From: the human T2T-CHM13v2.0 reference genome, Homo sapiens | Assembly (NCBI RefSeq): GCF_009914755.1 | Contig: NC_060936.1 | Reading direction: 5' to 3' (one strand) | Length of the DNA: 64,000 nt | Part shown: positions 45,937 through 64,000 of the stretch, piece by piece | How the letters are laid out: every line of letters begins with the position of its first letter | How positions within the stretch are numbered: the first letter of the stretch is position 1 | Translations under genes and position numbers: made by a program | Notes under the pieces: model-generated | The model's database searches: none | What the model saw: the letters and a program-made list of their open reading frames with translations, nothing else | Told to the model about the DNA's origin: nothing

Positions 45937-46039
45937 GTAAATTCATTTTCCTGACTTTCAGGGCTAACATCTGCCCCAAAACTCCCCAAATGAAACTCAA
46001 GGAGCTTCAAACCCCTTTTTAAATATTTTCACAAAGTCT

Positions 46040-46260
46040 ATATGGATTTGGGATGTGAAAAGAGTGCTTAAATGTTCTTGTTCTATCATTTACTGGCTGT
46101 GGGTCATGAGCAATTCACTGAAACTCTTTGAACAACAATTTCCTCATCTATAAAACAGGGTGAATAATACCTACCATGGAGGGTATCAGGATGTTTAGCA
46201 ATAATATGCATAAAGTGTCTGGTGTGTAGGAGACTTTTAATACATGATCAGTGTTGCTAT
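46040..46260 (+). mobile_element. MIR
   Basis: Core tttcctcatctataaaacagg. Confidence 0.75.
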
Positions 46261-46448
46261 AAATATAACACATCTTCATGTTTCTCCCAAAACACACACA
46301 CATGCAAACATGGCAAGGGGGTGGAGGAGAGAGAGGAAGAGGGAGAGACAGGCAGATAGAGAGAGAATGATGCGATAAGTCTATGCTGTTGAGTAAGAGG
46401 AGGCCTATAGAAGCATGTTTTTATTGCTTTCTCATTTCACCATTTCAG

Positions 46449-46721
46449 GTATAATATAGAGCTTCTCTGAGCTATGGCTTTTATATCAAGAGTCAGCTTC
46501 CATTCCAAGGGACATATTAATATCTGAGAGAGTGAGCAAAAAAAAAAAATGTTCTTTGAGGGAGGGAGAGAGAGAGAGCAATTGCTCATCAGTCATATCA
46601 TCACTGAGGGACTGACCAATCTGAATCCACCCAGCTGAGCTACCCGTGCAAATTTTTGCAAGAGCCTTAGTAATCCAGCCATAGAATGAAAAGAAGTGGG
46701 ATGTGGAAGGGGAGGCAACAG
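46449..46721 (+). pseudogene. Decayed PTP D1 C-terminal exon
   Basis: caccatttcag| ... CAG|gtgagc. Reads YRAS..YIKSQLPFQG / GHINI / CSLRE, resembling GR.G....Q...EG.VNI...V..LR. Confidence 0.45.
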
Positions 46722-46839
46722 GTGAGCAGTTCCTTTCATTCCTTCCAAGGCAGAGAAACATTGCAGAGAAACAAAGTAGGGACTCCTTTCTTAAAATACT
46801 CTCTTCCATGCCTCTCATTTCATCCTGACTTTGCGGGTC

Positions 46840-47509
<670 letters not shown>

Positions 47510-47649
47510 GTGGCCTTAGACAGTAACAAGCAGAGTCTGGTAGGTGCTGGTGAAGCTCATGACAGCCCACTCATCATGTGCTGAGCTGCTCAGGAAGACC
47601 TGGAGGGGACAGGTGTGCTGGGAAACCTGCATAGAGGTAGCCCAATGGA

Positions 47650-47895
47650 TGGGTTAAGTCACTGGGCTCTGGAGCTGGCTGCCTGTGTGAAACCTAACTC
47701 TGACACTTGCTGGTTATATGGTCTTGAGCAAATCCCTTAATCACTGTGTGATTTAGTGTCCTTCTCTATAAACTGAGCGTAATAATAGGACCTACCTCAT
47801 AACTTTATTGGGAGGATTAAATTAACTGAGTCAATATGTGTAAAGCATTGAGATTGGTTTTGGTGCATGGTATACACTCAGTAATGATAGCTATC
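47650..47895 (+). mobile_element. MIR, near full length
   Basis: ggttaag..actgggctctggag...tgagcaaatcccttaa...atagcta. Confidence 0.85.
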
Positions 47896-47988
47896 ATGAA
47901 ACATTTGGATAATCCATGTAAGTATCTGTTATTTGGGAATACCCAGGTTCTTAGAGCACTTAAATTAGTTGTACATTTTAATCCCAGT

Positions 47989-48371
47989 TGTTCAAGATAG
48001 TAAATTCCTTGAGGGTAAAGATAATATTAGTTAATAATTAGATAAACACATTCATACATTTATACACATCTATGTATATAAATGTACGTGTGTGTGGAGT
48101 ATGTGTATGTGTCAAGCTGTCTATCTACATTTATATTTGTGCAAGGATATCAGAGAAGCAGAGATTGTAATGACCCTGGACAGAGTAGCTGGAAAGGAAG
48201 AGCACTGCTCTATTGGACTATCCAGGTGTCTGCATTCTCCCCTCTGGCTCTAATCTTTCATATTGAGAAGGCTTCTCTCTAGAAAATAAAGTAACACATT
48301 AGAAGACAGGACCTTAGCCTTTGCCTGAACAACTCTGGCCATTGCCTAAAGCTGTACTACAGAGACAAAAG
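47989..48371 (+). pseudogene. Decayed PTP D2 motifs 3-7 (two exons: 47989-48014 and 48146-48371)
   Basis: Splicing gives SKFLEG|YQRSR (phase 1-1 match), then IVMT, LYWTI and (C)EQLWP at 48327-48341. Confidence 0.6.
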
Positions 48372-48460
48372 GTTAGACTGCTTATTTGGTACCTGGAATT
48401 GACAGGGTTAATAACCTTTTTGATTTACAGAGTAGTAACTCTGGCATGTTATACTTATGA

Positions 48461-48859
<399 letters not shown>

Positions 48860-48994
48860 TGAAGTCAACAAGCAGGTGGATGAGCATGAGCTAATAATTT
48901 CCAAGAAATGTTCATCTACTTAAAAAATATTGTAGCCCTTTACACATAGCATCCCTAATTGGTGATTTTTTTTAACCATCTAGGGAGACACTAC

Positions 48995-49120
48995 AGTAAA
49001 ATCATAAAAATTTAAAGTTGGAAAAGACCTTAGGAGGCATGTAGTTTAACCTCCCTCACTTTATAAATGAAGAAACCAAAACTTGAAAAGATTAAGTGAC
49101 TTGCCCAAGGTCATATAAAA
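48995..49120 (-). mobile_element. MIR3/MIR fragment
   Basis: ttaagtgacttgcccaaggtca core. Confidence 0.8.
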
Positions 49121-49479
49121 ATTTGTAATGTTTTGTGAAGTTCTAAAGATCAAGCAGAAACCAGACAAATAAATACTCAAATACTTAATTGCTTGTATAT
49201 ATCTTAACCGGTGCAATTTAAAGTAGGACTGTGGTGAGTCCAAGGGGAATCTGAGCTTACATTGGTATGCAAGATGCAAAAGAGGAACCCAGCTCTAGGT
49301 CTTGAAACACCAACAAAGGGTTTTGCATTGTGTATTTCTGAACTACATGTACATAGAAAGCAGAGTGGGGATAAATGCCAGTCATTGTCCACTTTGAACA
49401 ATTCAGAATCCCTCCATAGGACAGTTGAAAAACTAGCTTGGGAAATAACAATGACATGAGCATTGTTATCCAATACAAG

Positions 49480-49710
49480 GAACAATAATAATAATGAACA
49501 TTAGTAGGGTGCTTTACAGATTACAAAATATTTTCAAACACAACCCTTTTTGTCCTTATGATAGAAAACCACCAGATAAGTAGGCTTGTTGTTGTTATTA
49601 CTACTACTATTTCCAAATGAGGAGACATAGATTGGCTAAGAGAACTTCTCCACGTCACACACCTTGGGCCAGGAAATAACACGCAGTTCTCACTCCAAGC
49701 TCTGGGTACA
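49480..49710 (-). mobile_element. MIR
   Basis: Degenerate core and 3' end. Confidence 0.65.
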
Positions 49711-49848
49711 TTTTTCCCATTCAAAGATGCTTATCCCCAACAGTAACCAGCATGATGCTCCCTGCTGAGCTCTCATCCCAGTGGTTAAGTAGGCAAGGCA
49801 GGTAAGGAGTGAAGTCCTAAATGTGAACTCCTTACTTCACATAGATAG

Positions 49849-50194
<346 letters not shown>

Positions 50195-50196
50195 TA

Positions 50197-50494
50197 TTTT
50201 TTTTTTTTTTTTTTAGAGAGAGGGTCTCTCTCTGTCACTCAGGCTGGAGTGCAATGGTGCAATTATGGTTCACTGCGGCCTCAACCTCCTCGGCTCAAGT
50301 GATCCTCCTGCCTGCATGTAGTAGCTGGGACCACAAGCACATGCTACCGCACTTGACTAATATTTTAATGTTTTGTAGAGACAAGGTCTCCCTATGTTGC
50401 CCAGGATGCTCTCAAACACCTGGGCTCAAGCAATCCTCTTGCCTCAGCCTCCCAGTGTGCTGGAGTTATAGGCATGAACCACTGCACTCTGCCT
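50197..50494 (-). mobile_element. AluJ
   Basis: Diverged dimer. Confidence 0.93.
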
Positions 50495-50647
50495 CAAAGG
50501 TTTTTTTATGGCTGTGTGTGAAGAACCAAGTCTGAGATTCCTCAGAGACTACCTAATTTAAGTCATTAGGCTGGAAAGCATTTAGTGTGTCCCTATGGAA
50601 CTTTTGTGCCCTTATACTTAATAAATTCAGTTTTTGTTTCCTGTAAG

Positions 50648-51028
50648 AAAGCACTCAGACTCTTTCCTCAAGATCTTTCCTGAACCAAGAGGCACACAGA
50701 CCTCTTCTTCAGTGCATGAAGGTGAAGGAATTTGGAGTAAGTGGTAGGGCAACTGAACAGTGATCCCCTTAGAATTCTGAGTAGGAAAACAGAATTTTAT
50801 CAGCTGTAATTGCTTTCACAATTCAACCTCCTTGTGCCCCACCCTATATCTCATGGACACTTATTATTTTTACTGTTTGACCTAAGTGTGGACCTCTCTG
50901 AAGAGGCAGCCATGACAGCAGTCTTCAATCATGGCTTTTCACAACCTCATAAATGCACAGGCAGCTGAAAAAAAGAGCTCAAAGACAATCTAGGAAGGAT
51001 TGTTATGCATTCCTAAAAGTGTGTCAAG
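50648..51028 (+). pseudogene. Decayed PTP D2 exons 50648-50736 and 50887-51028 (pre-WPD strand to P-loop)
   Basis: Reads SSRSFL...MKVKEFG|gtaagt, then WTSLKRQP*QQSSIMAFHNLINA... and, about 40 residues after the W, GRIVMHS / KSVSR|gt. Confidence 0.6.
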
Positions 51029-51279
51029 GTATATGAGGCATATACCAAAGAAAATCCTGTGGTTATCATATTCACCCTGTAAAGCCATTGTCATGTTTTA
51101 AGCTTTGCATTCAAGGGCCCACAGGGAGGATAAAACCTGACTTTGTTAATAGGATATGTTCAGAGGTTAAATGTGTTCTATGATTTGGGGAGGTGTATAT
51201 TTGATTACTGCTATGTGGATCTCACATTTGCTCCATTTTGATTTGTGAGAAGCGATTCTTAAATTGTTCTACTTATTAG

Positions 51280-51452
51280 CTTTTCTGATCTCTATGGTGT
51301 CCATTTATGGCATGCTGGAGGGGACCATAACATTAGGAGCAGATTTTTCTTCAGCCAAGTGGGAAATCTGCATGAAGTTTTTAAACACAACTTTGAATGC
51401 ACTCCATTCTGGAACACATAATTACTTCATGCTGACTGAAATCAAGAAGTAA
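51280..51452 (+). pseudogene. Decayed PTP D2 C-terminal exon
   Basis: Open frame AFLISMVSIYGMLEG...HNYFMLTEIKK*, resembling the helix after the P-loop and the Q-loop region. Confidence 0.5.
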
Positions 51453-52129
51453 ATATGTGACTATACTCACAGATGTAATTACAAATTACAACCTGTGCCT
51501 CATCATTGCCATCTACTCAAAGATACTCTTTGCTCCATTTCTTAAAATAGCTCCTTACTTCTGTAATTTAATGGAATTGTGAGTAAAATGTAATACTATG
51601 GCTTCCTAGGCAGCTTATGATGGCTGCTAACATTGGTTGGAAATTGAGGAAAATTTCTAAGGACATTAAAGTTTTTTGTAGACACACACACACACAATAG
51701 TCTTTTTCTCCTTTTTTTCTCCTTTCTTATTCAGTTCATTTTCCTTTTAAAAACATAGGAATACTCTACAATAACTCCTAGATTCCTTTTCAGAAGTGTG
51801 ACTGAATGTTGAATTCATTATTTTATAGATATCGCTTGAATTATTTTTACCTAAATGCATGATAATCAATGTTTGTCAAAAGAAGTCCATCGGCCACTTT
51901 CCTGTCCTCTAGTCCAGTCTCTGAGACTCTGCCTCAGTTACTCCCTATGCAACTGTTGTCTTTTCACCTGAAAAAAAATCACATCATTTGTGAATTTGAG
52001 GTTTTCACTCATTTATAAAGACTTTAAGTAGACCCAATTCTAATACTCATCCCAGGTAATCCCATTATTGCCACTTCTATATTATTTAGAAAATACTTAT
52101 TTTTCTTTTGTTTAGAACTCCAAGCTAGC

Positions 52130-52441
52130 CTTTCTTTCTTTCTTTCTTTCTTTTTTTTTTTTTTGAGATGGAGTCTCACTCCATGGACTGGGCTGGAGTG
52201 CAGTGGCACAATCTCAGCTCACTGAAACCTCTTCCTCCCAAGTTCAAGCAACTTTCCTGCCTCAGCCTCCCGAGTAGCTGGGATTACGGGCATGTGCCAC
52301 CATGCCTAGCTAGTTTTTGTATTTTTAGTAGAGATGGGTTTTCACCATGTTGGGCAGGATGGTTTTGAACTCCTGACCTCAGGTGATCTGCCCACCTCAG
52401 CCTCCCACAGTGCTGGGGGGCATGAACTCCCACACCCAGCC
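52130..52441 (-). mobile_element. Alu (AluS)
   Basis: Dimer. Confidence 0.95.
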
Positions 52442-53311
52442 CAACCTAGTCTTTTATCCATGGTAGTACTTGCTCTCTAATCCCCTGATACCGGTAACTT
52501 TTAAAAAATCTTCCTCAAAGAGTTTACCCTGACCAAATGCTTATTGTCTATTAGAGGAAAGAAGTCTTTCCCTCAATGAATTATGTTACTTGGTCCAGTA
52601 AGTCCCTATTTAATCTTGGTTTCCATCAGCTTTCCAGGTATAGAAATGAAATACTGTAGGCTGTAGTTTCCATTGTCTTCTCTGTAACCTCGCCAATGAA
52701 TGGAAGCCATTTTGGAAATCTGTCCAGGATGCTGTGGCACAGGACTGTGACTAGAAAACCTTTTCCTCCCTTTCCTCCATGGTACACTCATCCTTACCCT
52801 GCAGTATCCAGGTCAAATTTTCTTTATGAAGTTTCCTATAATTCATCCTATTCTGTCAAGAGGAATAGATAACTGGATGGATGAGCTTAGGAAGACATTT
52901 TAAGGGACATAGGCAGGGTAATAAGAGAGTTTTGGTGGACAGTCGTGACCTCCTCACTGTAGTGGCTTTGGAATCAGACAAGTCTAAGGTAGACTCAGTT
53001 AGGTGAATACAAATTTAATTACTTATATAGGTATAGGGCAATTCATGTACTCTACTCTTCTTGAGTGAACTTTAGTAGTTTGCATGTCTTTAGAAACCTG
53101 TTAGCGTCATATAAGTTGTTCATAATATACCTTTATTATCCTTTAAATGTTGATGCTGATGAAAACCAAGATTAAGAATAGATTCATTGAATGCCTAAGT
53201 AACATAATTTAATTTGTTGCATCTGTAGTGAGGTTCCCTTTTTCCTTTATAATATTGGTCATGAGTATTTTCTATCTTCTTTTTTTTCCTGTTTGGTCTG
53301 GCTAAAGTTTT

Positions 53312-53338
53312 TTTTTTTTTTTGAGACAGGGTCTCACT
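53312..53338 (-). mobile_element. Micro-Alu insertion (16 nt of Alu 3' end plus poly-A)
   Basis: Perfect 13-bp TSD tggctaaagtttt at 53299-53311 and 53339-53351. Confidence 0.9.
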
Positions 53339-53638
53339 TGGCTAAAGTTTTATGAATTTTATTGATCCTTTTGAAGAACAAGTTTTCAGTTTCGTTGATT
53401 TTCTCCATTGTTCTTCTGTTGACTCTTTATTGATTTTTGCTTTTATCTTCATTATTTCCTTCCTACTGCTTATTTTCCATTAAATTTGTCCTTTTTTTTC
53501 TAGTTTTTAAAGGTAGTTGATTTGAGATATTTATTTTCTGGTGTAGGCCTTTAGTGTTATAAATTTCTCACTGCATTGGCTTCCTTCCACACACTTTTAT
53601 ATATTATATGTTCATTTTTATTCTGTTAAAATATTTTC

Positions 53639-55367
<1,729 letters not shown>

Positions 55368-55986
55368 TTAGTTCAAAATATTTTCTAATTTTTCTTGTGA
55401 TTTCTTCTTTGACCCATAGATTATTTAGAATGTGTTGTTTTATTTCCAAATATCTGAGGATTTTCCAGATAATTTTGTTATTGATTTACTTAATTCTTCA
55501 CCTGGTACTGAGTTTGAAGTTGTGTCTTTGATATTGCTCTCTAGCTGAAATGATGGGTCCTTATTAGTATTTGATCCCTGAAATATGCCCTCCAGCTTCA
55601 TTCCCCACCTTCTTGCCCTTTGGCAGTACTCATAGGACTCATCTGCAAGTGCTCACTCTCTATCTTCTACTCTGATACAAAAACTATGGTAAGTTTGATA
55701 GAAAATCAAATACAGATAAATTAAAAGACTCTCAAAGTGCATTAAGTGTTTGGCAGAGATTAGATAAATAGATTAAGTAAGGCACACAGTACTGTGAATT
55801 TCTCCAGAAATGCTCTGTAACTGAGGACCAGGAAACTGAAGATGTTTTAGTTAAACTCAACAATTAACGGGGTTGGTAGGATCCCAATGTAAAGGACTTT
55901 CAGTTGTTAGTAAGACTCTCTTTGACATAATCCAACACATCTTTCAAAATTATCTTTCAATTTTTTCCATTAGCCTCTCAGTGTAG

Positions 55987-56436
<450 letters not shown>

Positions 56437-56673
56437 TAAAATCAATTTATTATTTACAATTACAATCAATACAACCTAATTTATTTCTCAACTTTTCAAA
56501 ATTTAAACTCATGTTATTAATGTCTTAGATATGAAAATTATAAGAAAATAGGTTTTTATAGAGTCCTTTTTTAGAGATGTATACTGAAATATCTGTAGAT
56601 AAAATGATATTTTAATTAAAATCTAAATTTACTTTTTATTAAAAGAGAATATATTGGAAAATTTAGAAAATTA

Positions 56674-57001
<328 letters not shown>

Positions 57002-57556
57002 TACCACATGGTGGTATTTTTAAATATATTCGACAAGTATAAAATAGCTTAAGCACATGGGATCTCATATCTATATCTTCTATATATAGTCTTTAGACAA
57101 ACAAATCATATAATGATGCACACACAAACCAACTCACAAACACTTCTCATAATTTGAGGGAAGTCATGCTTGGTCTTCAGGAAAGCCATGTCCTATAAAA
57201 TATATCCTCCTGAAGGCATCTGGAGCAAATCACTAATAATCAAGGGATAGATTTAAACAGGTACTTAAAGCTCTGATTACAGGCTAAGCTGGGGCCTACA
57301 TTACGTTCGCCCTGTCTGTGTTCCTGACTTTATCACTGGGTCATAATTTCTCTTCCCAAAGGGCCTGATGAAAGGGAAACTACACCAGACCTGACTAATA
57401 AATCAGAGTTCTATCTATATGTACAAATGAAGAGGGCAACTTCTGAGCTGAACTTTGTCTCTCTCTAGTTCAGAAAGCACAGGATCCTCAATCATTTGTA
57501 AAATTAATATTTACTTTGTAAATACTGTGCATTTACTAATATAAATATAGCATTAA

Positions 57557-58203
<647 letters not shown>

Positions 58204-59138
58204 TAATACATTTTTAAAATCAGTAAATTAACTTGTAATGCTGTAGAAGGTGACCGATCAATTTTATTACAGTTTTAAATTATTTGTCCTCATAGGAGAT
58301 TAAAAATAATTTTAAAAAATAATTTAAACATATAATTTCCTTTTTTGGATTAATGCTATGAAGCTATCTGGCCTTACTAACTGAAAGAATATTGATTACA
58401 TTTTGTTAAAAATTTCTGGACATCTTATTTAAAATGTTTCATAATCATAAAATTTATTCTTGAGATAAAATCAGACTCCATTTTATGATCAACATGACTT
58501 AGGAAACTTGGCTGAACTAGAAAGAAAAAAGTCGAAGCAGAGGAGAAAAAGAAAACAAGCATAAGGCCAGAGGTTGAGATTTTAACTCTTACGAAGGATA
58601 AAATCCAGTCCTATAATCAAAACTTGTGATGTTTTTTTATCAACATGGCAGAAAGATCAAATGAAAAAAATAAAATAAAAAGCTTGCATTGCTAGCCATC
58701 TGTCCACAGTCTGTGTGTTGCTGCTGCTCTGAGGAAAAAGAAATACATCCTGGGTTAATCCCAGGAATGGTGAGTTTATTTATTAGTGATGTTGTCACTA
58801 ACGTGCCTTAGTCAAGCCTCCTGCCGTCTAAGCTACGCGAGATGAAAGTTAGAGGTATGGCATGATGAGAGTGTGAATTGATCAGGAGCTTTGATGTCAC
58901 GCTTAGCATTTCAGCTTTTTTGTTGTTTTGATGGCCCATTCTGCAACCTAAGGGCTACAATTCCATTTCATTCTTAACAGGAACTGGAGAATATTGATCA
59001 CTATAGTGTCCCAGATTTTTAAATGATGCCTGAAATATCACTTGGAACAATGGCTGAGAAAGAAAAACAACAATAAAGTTTGCTTTGTTAAACAGTTGAC
59101 TGACAATAATATTATAGTCCACATATGTGTGTCTATAA

Positions 59139-59489
<351 letters not shown>

Positions 59490-59988
59490 TCTTTCTTCTT
59501 AAGTATAACCCAGGCATGGAAATAGGTTGACCCACCACCATGGATACTAAAAGGTCTGGCCAAATGACCTAAAATGTAGATTGTATGATATCTGTTGCTG
59601 GGACTGACGTCAGTGCTGCAGCCCCAGGAGGGGTCCAATGTCCCCAGCAATCCCCATGCCCATGGGTCCTGCTCGCAAGGTTTACCTGCCCCTGGCTCTG
59701 TGGGATCTCCTGAGGTTCTCAGGAGAGGCCCACGGGTTCTACTGTCCACCTGCACAGGGATCCAATGACTCCAATGACACCACCATTGGCCCCAACTGTT
59801 TCGTCTAGGGATTTACTAATTTCTCCCTTCATCCAAACCAAATGTGAAAAATCTCTTTGACTTTTGTTTCACCTTAAGCAAAAAGCTTACAACAAAATAT
59901 TGAGGCAAACAGCGAATTTAAAAACAAAACTTCATTCAAATTATTGTTCTGTCTTTAACTTATTATGACCCTTGAGTAAGTTACTTCA

Positions 59989-60365
<377 letters not shown>

Positions 60366-60639
60366 CACATATTTAAGCAACAGGTATGCAAAGAAAAACA
60401 AAAAGCAACTCTGGTTCTCAAGGTGCTCTCAATGGGAAGGAGAAGACCGACGTGCACACCAATGTTCACAGTGCTGGGTGACACAGATCACAAAAGAAAG
60501 GAATGAGAGGGCCACATGGCCCAGACTGAGAGGGTCAGGGTGGGTTTCTAGGAGGAAGCAAGTCTTAGGTGAAGCCTGAAGAGTGAGTAGGAGACAGTCA
60601 ATCTAAGGGGGAAGGAGGGCAGAGAGGGGAGGAAAGGGT

Positions 60640-61536
60640 AAAATGATTGAAAGGTAAAATGAAAGAAGAAAATGTTATCCTACCATGCTACTTGACCCAG
60701 CTCAAAGAATTGTCATAATAATATAAATGCCAACAATTAGCTTTTAAAGTCAAACTGTAGATAAAAGTACTATTGTTGGTTTCAGCATAAAATAGTTAAT
60801 AACATGTAACCAACATACAAGAAAATCCTTACATCTACCCTGCGACCTAGTAATTTTACTCCTAGATTCACACCCAAGACCAATGAAAACATGTCCACAC
60901 AAAGTCCACAACAAAGATGTTCTTAGCCACTTTATTCATAGTAGCCCAAAATGAAAACAACTTAAATGTCTATTAACAGGAAAATGCATAAGCAAATTGT
61001 GTATATTCATACAATGTAATACTCATTAGTGACTTAAAGGAATAAACTTTAATACATGTAAAAATATGGATGAATTTCAAGATATTATACTGAGAGGAAA
61101 AAGCCAGATTTACACCCAAAAAGAATACTGTGACCACATTTATGAAAATGTATAATTCTAGAAGAGGAAAATCTACTCCATGATGAAAAAGGTCAGATAA
61201 ATTATTGCCTCTGATTTGGGCAGGGAACTGACTAGGAAGGAGCACAGGAGAAATTTCTGTGATGAAAACAATCATTTTGTTTGTGATGAAAATGATAGAC
61301 ATGTGGGTTATGCAGGTGTGTGCATTGGTTAAAATGCACTGAGATGTATGCTCCAGATTTGTGGCTTTCACTATATGTTTTTGATCTAAAAAATTGAAGC
61401 ATTAAACTTTTGTAAGTTTGCTTTCTTTCAGAGGCATAAGTTAGCCATTTATGAAGCTATCTCCTACGTATTCCTGTACTCCAGATTTCTTCCTGTTGGA
61501 GAATAGAGTAACAAATATGAGAAGGAAAAAGACAGA
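60640..61536 (+). mobile_element. Old L1M fragments
   Basis: L1 ORF2 3' end and UTR remnant at about 60800-61400. Confidence 0.75.
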
Positions 61537-62158
<622 letters not shown>

Positions 62159-62159
62159 G

Positions 62160-62790
62160 ACTGTAATGTAGCTTGTGGTGTTGGTCTGGAACTGAAGATG
62201 TCGTATTCCAAGATGTAAACCACGTTTCTTTCTATACTTTTCCCTGTAAGGGCCTGGACACGATGACATACCAGTAGCAATGAGAACATTGAGCGCGCAC
62301 ATCTTGGCACCATTCTCCATTAAATGGAAATATAGTCGCTGGGGGAGATGGCTGATTTCAGGACTGGGCCAGGGAAAGGATAGGATGAGCCTGGAGCTTC
62401 CTCTTTCCCCAAGAAAGTAAAGAATTGACCAAAAAACATGACAGCATATGTCAAAATGACACAAAAGAACCATATTTAACAGGCTCCCACTGGCCAAATC
62501 TAGGGTAAGTTGAGCATCAAAATAAATGATGATAGTAATGGATTATAACTTATTGCACTGAATAAAATAAGAATCCATGAGTCAATAGTCATATAAATAA
62601 ATAAATAGATGACAAGGATAAGTGCTTCCCTGAAGTAGAATGCCAACTAATAAAAATAGAAAAGAATTGTGGAGGTAGAAAATCAACAGTGATTATGAAA
62701 ACTAGTGAGGAAAAGTTTGATGAGAAACAAGATTATCTAGCCTCAAAGTATCTCCCCAAATATTAATTCCAAAGAGAAAATGTCTTTAGA
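62160..62790 (+). mobile_element. L1MC-type 3' fragment
   Basis: ctcccactggccaaatctaggg...gagcatcaaaataaatgatgatagtaatggatt. Confidence 0.75.
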
Positions 62791-63703
62791 AGTGTAATTT
62801 TTAAAGTTTACAGGTAGAAAAATTATCAAAATAAACTCAGAACTAATTATGTAATCTTACTGCCTTTGTGTTTTTAAATATCACTAAGAGGATTCAAAGT
62901 CTCCCTTTTCCCCCAGTCTGATGCAGGAATATTAACCTAACCTAAGTTTGGCTCATGAATCACCATTAGAGTCATCTGAATTCTTTTTAGAAAATCTTTA
63001 TAAGACATAGGAGGCAGAAAGCCTTGATACTCCTAGGAAGTTGGCAGCTGTGGGTGCAATTAAAAATATTATTTGCAAAACCAATTAGCAAATCTGATCA
63101 GCAAACAGGCAAGAAGAAAAAACACTAGGAAAATACACGTTATTTTTCATAGTTATATTTGTTATACTTTAAAACACCATAATTTTAAGTAGTGTCAGAA
63201 AAATATTTTGTAAACCCTGCACTGACACTTCTTAAAATACTTCATGTAATTAAAAAAATCTCTAATGTTAATACATCATAAAGGTTAAAAAAAATTCATG
63301 GGGATAGGGCAAAAATGGGAAATTACCTATAAAATTAGATATTCTATTCTTAAAAAGACTCAAATGGCAGAAAAGCTGAGTTTATTGCTCAGCTAAATAA
63401 TTTCTACATTAAAAAACAATAGTGCCATTACCTGTGTACACATTTTGAGACAGAACAATTTAAATCAAGTAACAAGTTGTCAGCAATTACATGATATTTA
63501 GCCCAAAACTTTACATTTCGGTCACATCCCAAAAGTTCTTTAATTAAAAAGAAGAGGATCAGGGAATTTATTTATTAGTTTATTAATGAATTTATTTATT
63601 ATTTATAGATGTGTTTATAAGATAATCTGTTTTCAAAAGATTTAAGTTGCTTATGACAGAGGGAATATAGATTATTCAAAATGGAATATAAAAACCTTCC
63701 ATG

Positions 63704-63759
63704 TTAGGTCCATGGCAGATTTGCATGTGAAGAGGAAGATGCCTGCTTTCCAGAGTTTT
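63704..63759 (-). CDS. Candidate last coding exon of a convergent gene ((E)NSGKQASSSSHANLPWT*)
   Basis: Strong minus-strand acceptor (ttcttttgcttcttcag), phase-1 frame to TAA, followed by about 1 kb of unique AT-rich UTR-like DNA with AATAAA. Gene not recognised; coordinates approximate. Confidence 0.35.
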
Positions 63760-63795
63760 CTGAAGAAGCAAAAGAATGTCATAGCATTGAAAGCT

Positions 63796-64000
63796 GGCCA
63801 GGCCCAGTGGCTCACGCCTGTAACCCCCAGCACTTTAGGATGCTGAGACGGGAAGATCACCTGAGGTCAGGAGTTTGAGACAAGCCTGGCCAACATGGTG
63901 AAACCCCGTCTCTACTAAGAATACAAAAATTAACCGGGCACAGTGGCGGGCGCCTGTAATCCCAGCTACTGGGGAGACTGAGGCAGGAGAATAGCTTGAG
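63796..64000 (+). mobile_element. Alu (AluS), clipped by the window end
   Basis: Left arm and partial right arm. Confidence 0.96.

Noticed and set aside
48203-48226. HCSIGLSR, an apparent CX5R catalytic motif
   Set aside because: It lacks the preceding hydrophobic strand and lies where motifs 4-5 are expected; the overlapping frame (LYWT) fits better.
49340-49459. SESLHRTVEKL as a PTP D2 strand exon
   Set aside because: No good splice sites; exon 50648-50736 fills that position better.

Overview
Primate (human-like) genomic DNA, very repeat-rich: about 42 Alus, L1, L2, MIR, about 12 solo ERV/MaLR LTRs, MER6, MER58A, MER33 and an Hsmar2 mariner. No intact protein-coding gene is evident, and most ORF-track entries are Alu, L1 or MER52 artefacts. 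The main result comes from hand translation of the unique DNA between repeats. It reveals an ordered series of + strand, splice-site-bounded, decayed exons from about 841 to 51452. In order they encode several fibronectin type III-like modules, a LAR/PTPRQ-type membrane-proximal segment (YI.AF...NRPL..Y), a long putative cytoplasmic segment containing a 126-codon-spaced repeat with mostly synonymous divergence, and two degenerate classical protein-tyrosine-phosphatase domains (D1 about 40.8-46.7 kb, D2 about 47.9-51.5 kb). This looks like an unprocessed (unitary-type) pseudogene of a receptor-type PTP that I cannot assign to a named gene. The call is inference from motif recognition and needs HMM and orthologue confirmation. 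Its introns hold a cluster of LTRs with intact signal-responsive motifs (MER41B tandem GAS; LTR10 and LTR8 AP-1 sites). A candidate last coding exon and 3' UTR of a convergent minus-strand gene lies at the right end. Repeat subfamily names are from memory of consensus sequences, and boundaries of old repeats are approximate.
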